NCBI GenBank assembly: GCA_051047955.1
Contig: JBPGPT010000052.1
Span: 1 to 64,000 of the forward strand
Direction: 5' to 3'
DNA length: 64,000 bases
Origin: Cystobasidiomycetes sp. EMM_F5
Taxonomy: Eukaryota
Part shown: piece after piece, positions 62,989 to 64,000 of the stretch
Layout of the letters: each line of letters begins with the position of its first letter
Numbering within the stretch: position 1 is the stretch's first letter
The notes under the pieces: model-generated
Seen by the model: the letters and a program-made list of their open reading frames with translations, nothing else
Told to the model about the DNA's origin: nothing
Database searches by the model: none
Program-made: the position numbers and the translations under genes

Positions 62989-64000
62989 GTGATGCAGAGG
63001 CAAGCGCAAGGGCAACAGCAGCAGGGTCAGGACGCAGCCATACCAGTTGCGACACCGGTCCTGGTGCCCGCTCGAGCCAAGTCAGCTCCCGGTGCGCAGA
63101 CACACAGCCTGCAACAAGCCGGCCCCCCCATAAGCCACCACAATGTGTATGACGGGTATCAGAATCAGCAACGCGAGCTTTCATTCGCGACAGGTAGTTC
63201 TGGTGCCATGCAGCATGCCATGTCGCCTTCCGTTCCTACGCCCATAAATGCAAATGCCGCGGCGGCTGGATTAGGCCCTGTGACTTCTGGTCAGCGCAGG
63301 TTTGCGGTTGTTACAGGCGTCCAAGGTCAGCCCTACGCCGTGCCGCCCGGATCAAACCAGGCAACCGATGTTGCGAATGCAGAGAGTCAAGCGATAAGAC
63401 AGCGATACCCTGCAGCAGCGCAATCGGTTAATCTGCAGCAGAATGTGCAGTACACCCCGTCCATGCAGGCGCAAGCTGCAAACCAGACGACTATGCGAGA
63501 TATGCAAGGGTCCGTAACATCAGGTCAACAAGCGCGCACGCCTCAGCAACATGGCCCGTCGTCTGGCAGCAACCCTGGTGCATCAGCCCAAAATTCGCAA
63601 CATCAGCAAGTCGTTTCCCGCACTACTCAGCAGAGGGTCCCTATAATGGGAATGACTCCAATAAACACTGCTAGACCACCAAGTGCGCTGAGCACGCCAA
63701 GGACTGATTCGACAACGGACAATCGCCCTCTCACTTCGAGCGTAGCTATTGGCACGAATAAGGCGTCATCGGGAGCCGCACCTGACACTTCTTCAGGATC
63801 GATGGTGGACCGCCCAGCTTCACGGTCCATGAGCGCAATGGATGCGCCTCCCTCGCCCGGTAGAAAGCTGGCGTCGTCTCCTGGTGCCGTGCAGCTGGCT
63901 CGGCAACAGTCAAACTCTGCTACAGGCTTTGGAAATGTTCAACAAGGTCCCAGTCCTCCGGCTGCTGGTGATGCCTCAAGTGCGTATCATGGTCGAAACA
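60973..64000 (+). CDS. LisH/LUFS-domain Q-rich transcriptional regulator (Flo8/Mss11/SSDP-like); runs off the window
   Basis: LFHAYIYDYLYKQGYSHAARAF (about 61795) and APQGFLYEWWTVFWDVF (about 62245), with polyQ tracts. The frame stays open to the window end. Confidence 0.85.
62572..62700 (+). repeat. CAG/CAA microsatellite encoding polyQ
   Basis: Run of CAG codons around 62617-62643. A second (CAACAG)n tract lies at about 62953-62988. Confidence 0.9.

Overview
Eukaryotic DNA from a compact, intron-rich fungal genome, most consistent with a basidiomycete yeast. Introns are mostly short (about 50-70 nt) GT-AG with CTRAY-like branch points, and many intergenic gaps are only 70-200 bp. About 27 spliced protein-coding genes are supported: two DAL5-type MFS permeases, F-box/JmjC protein, secreted GtaA-type glutaminase, CTR9, RVB1, Nop13-like RRM protein, V-ATPase subunit f/RNASEK homologue, RGS-domain membrane protein, two tandem lipases, a small secreted protein, prolyl oligopeptidase, dUTPase, histidine acid phosphatase, TRAX, qa-4/QutC-type dehydratase, ATG26, ECD, coilin-like protein, an alpha/beta hydrolase, CSN2, a LisH Q-rich regulator and several orphans. 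I recognised no rRNA, tRNA, CRISPR array or transposase. The most unexplained non-coding signal is a pair of related (C/T)GTAGTATT arrays with 20-23 bp periodicity, one of them a foldback, on either side of the second MFS gene. Exon structures were derived by hand and all product calls come from motif recognition, not database searches.
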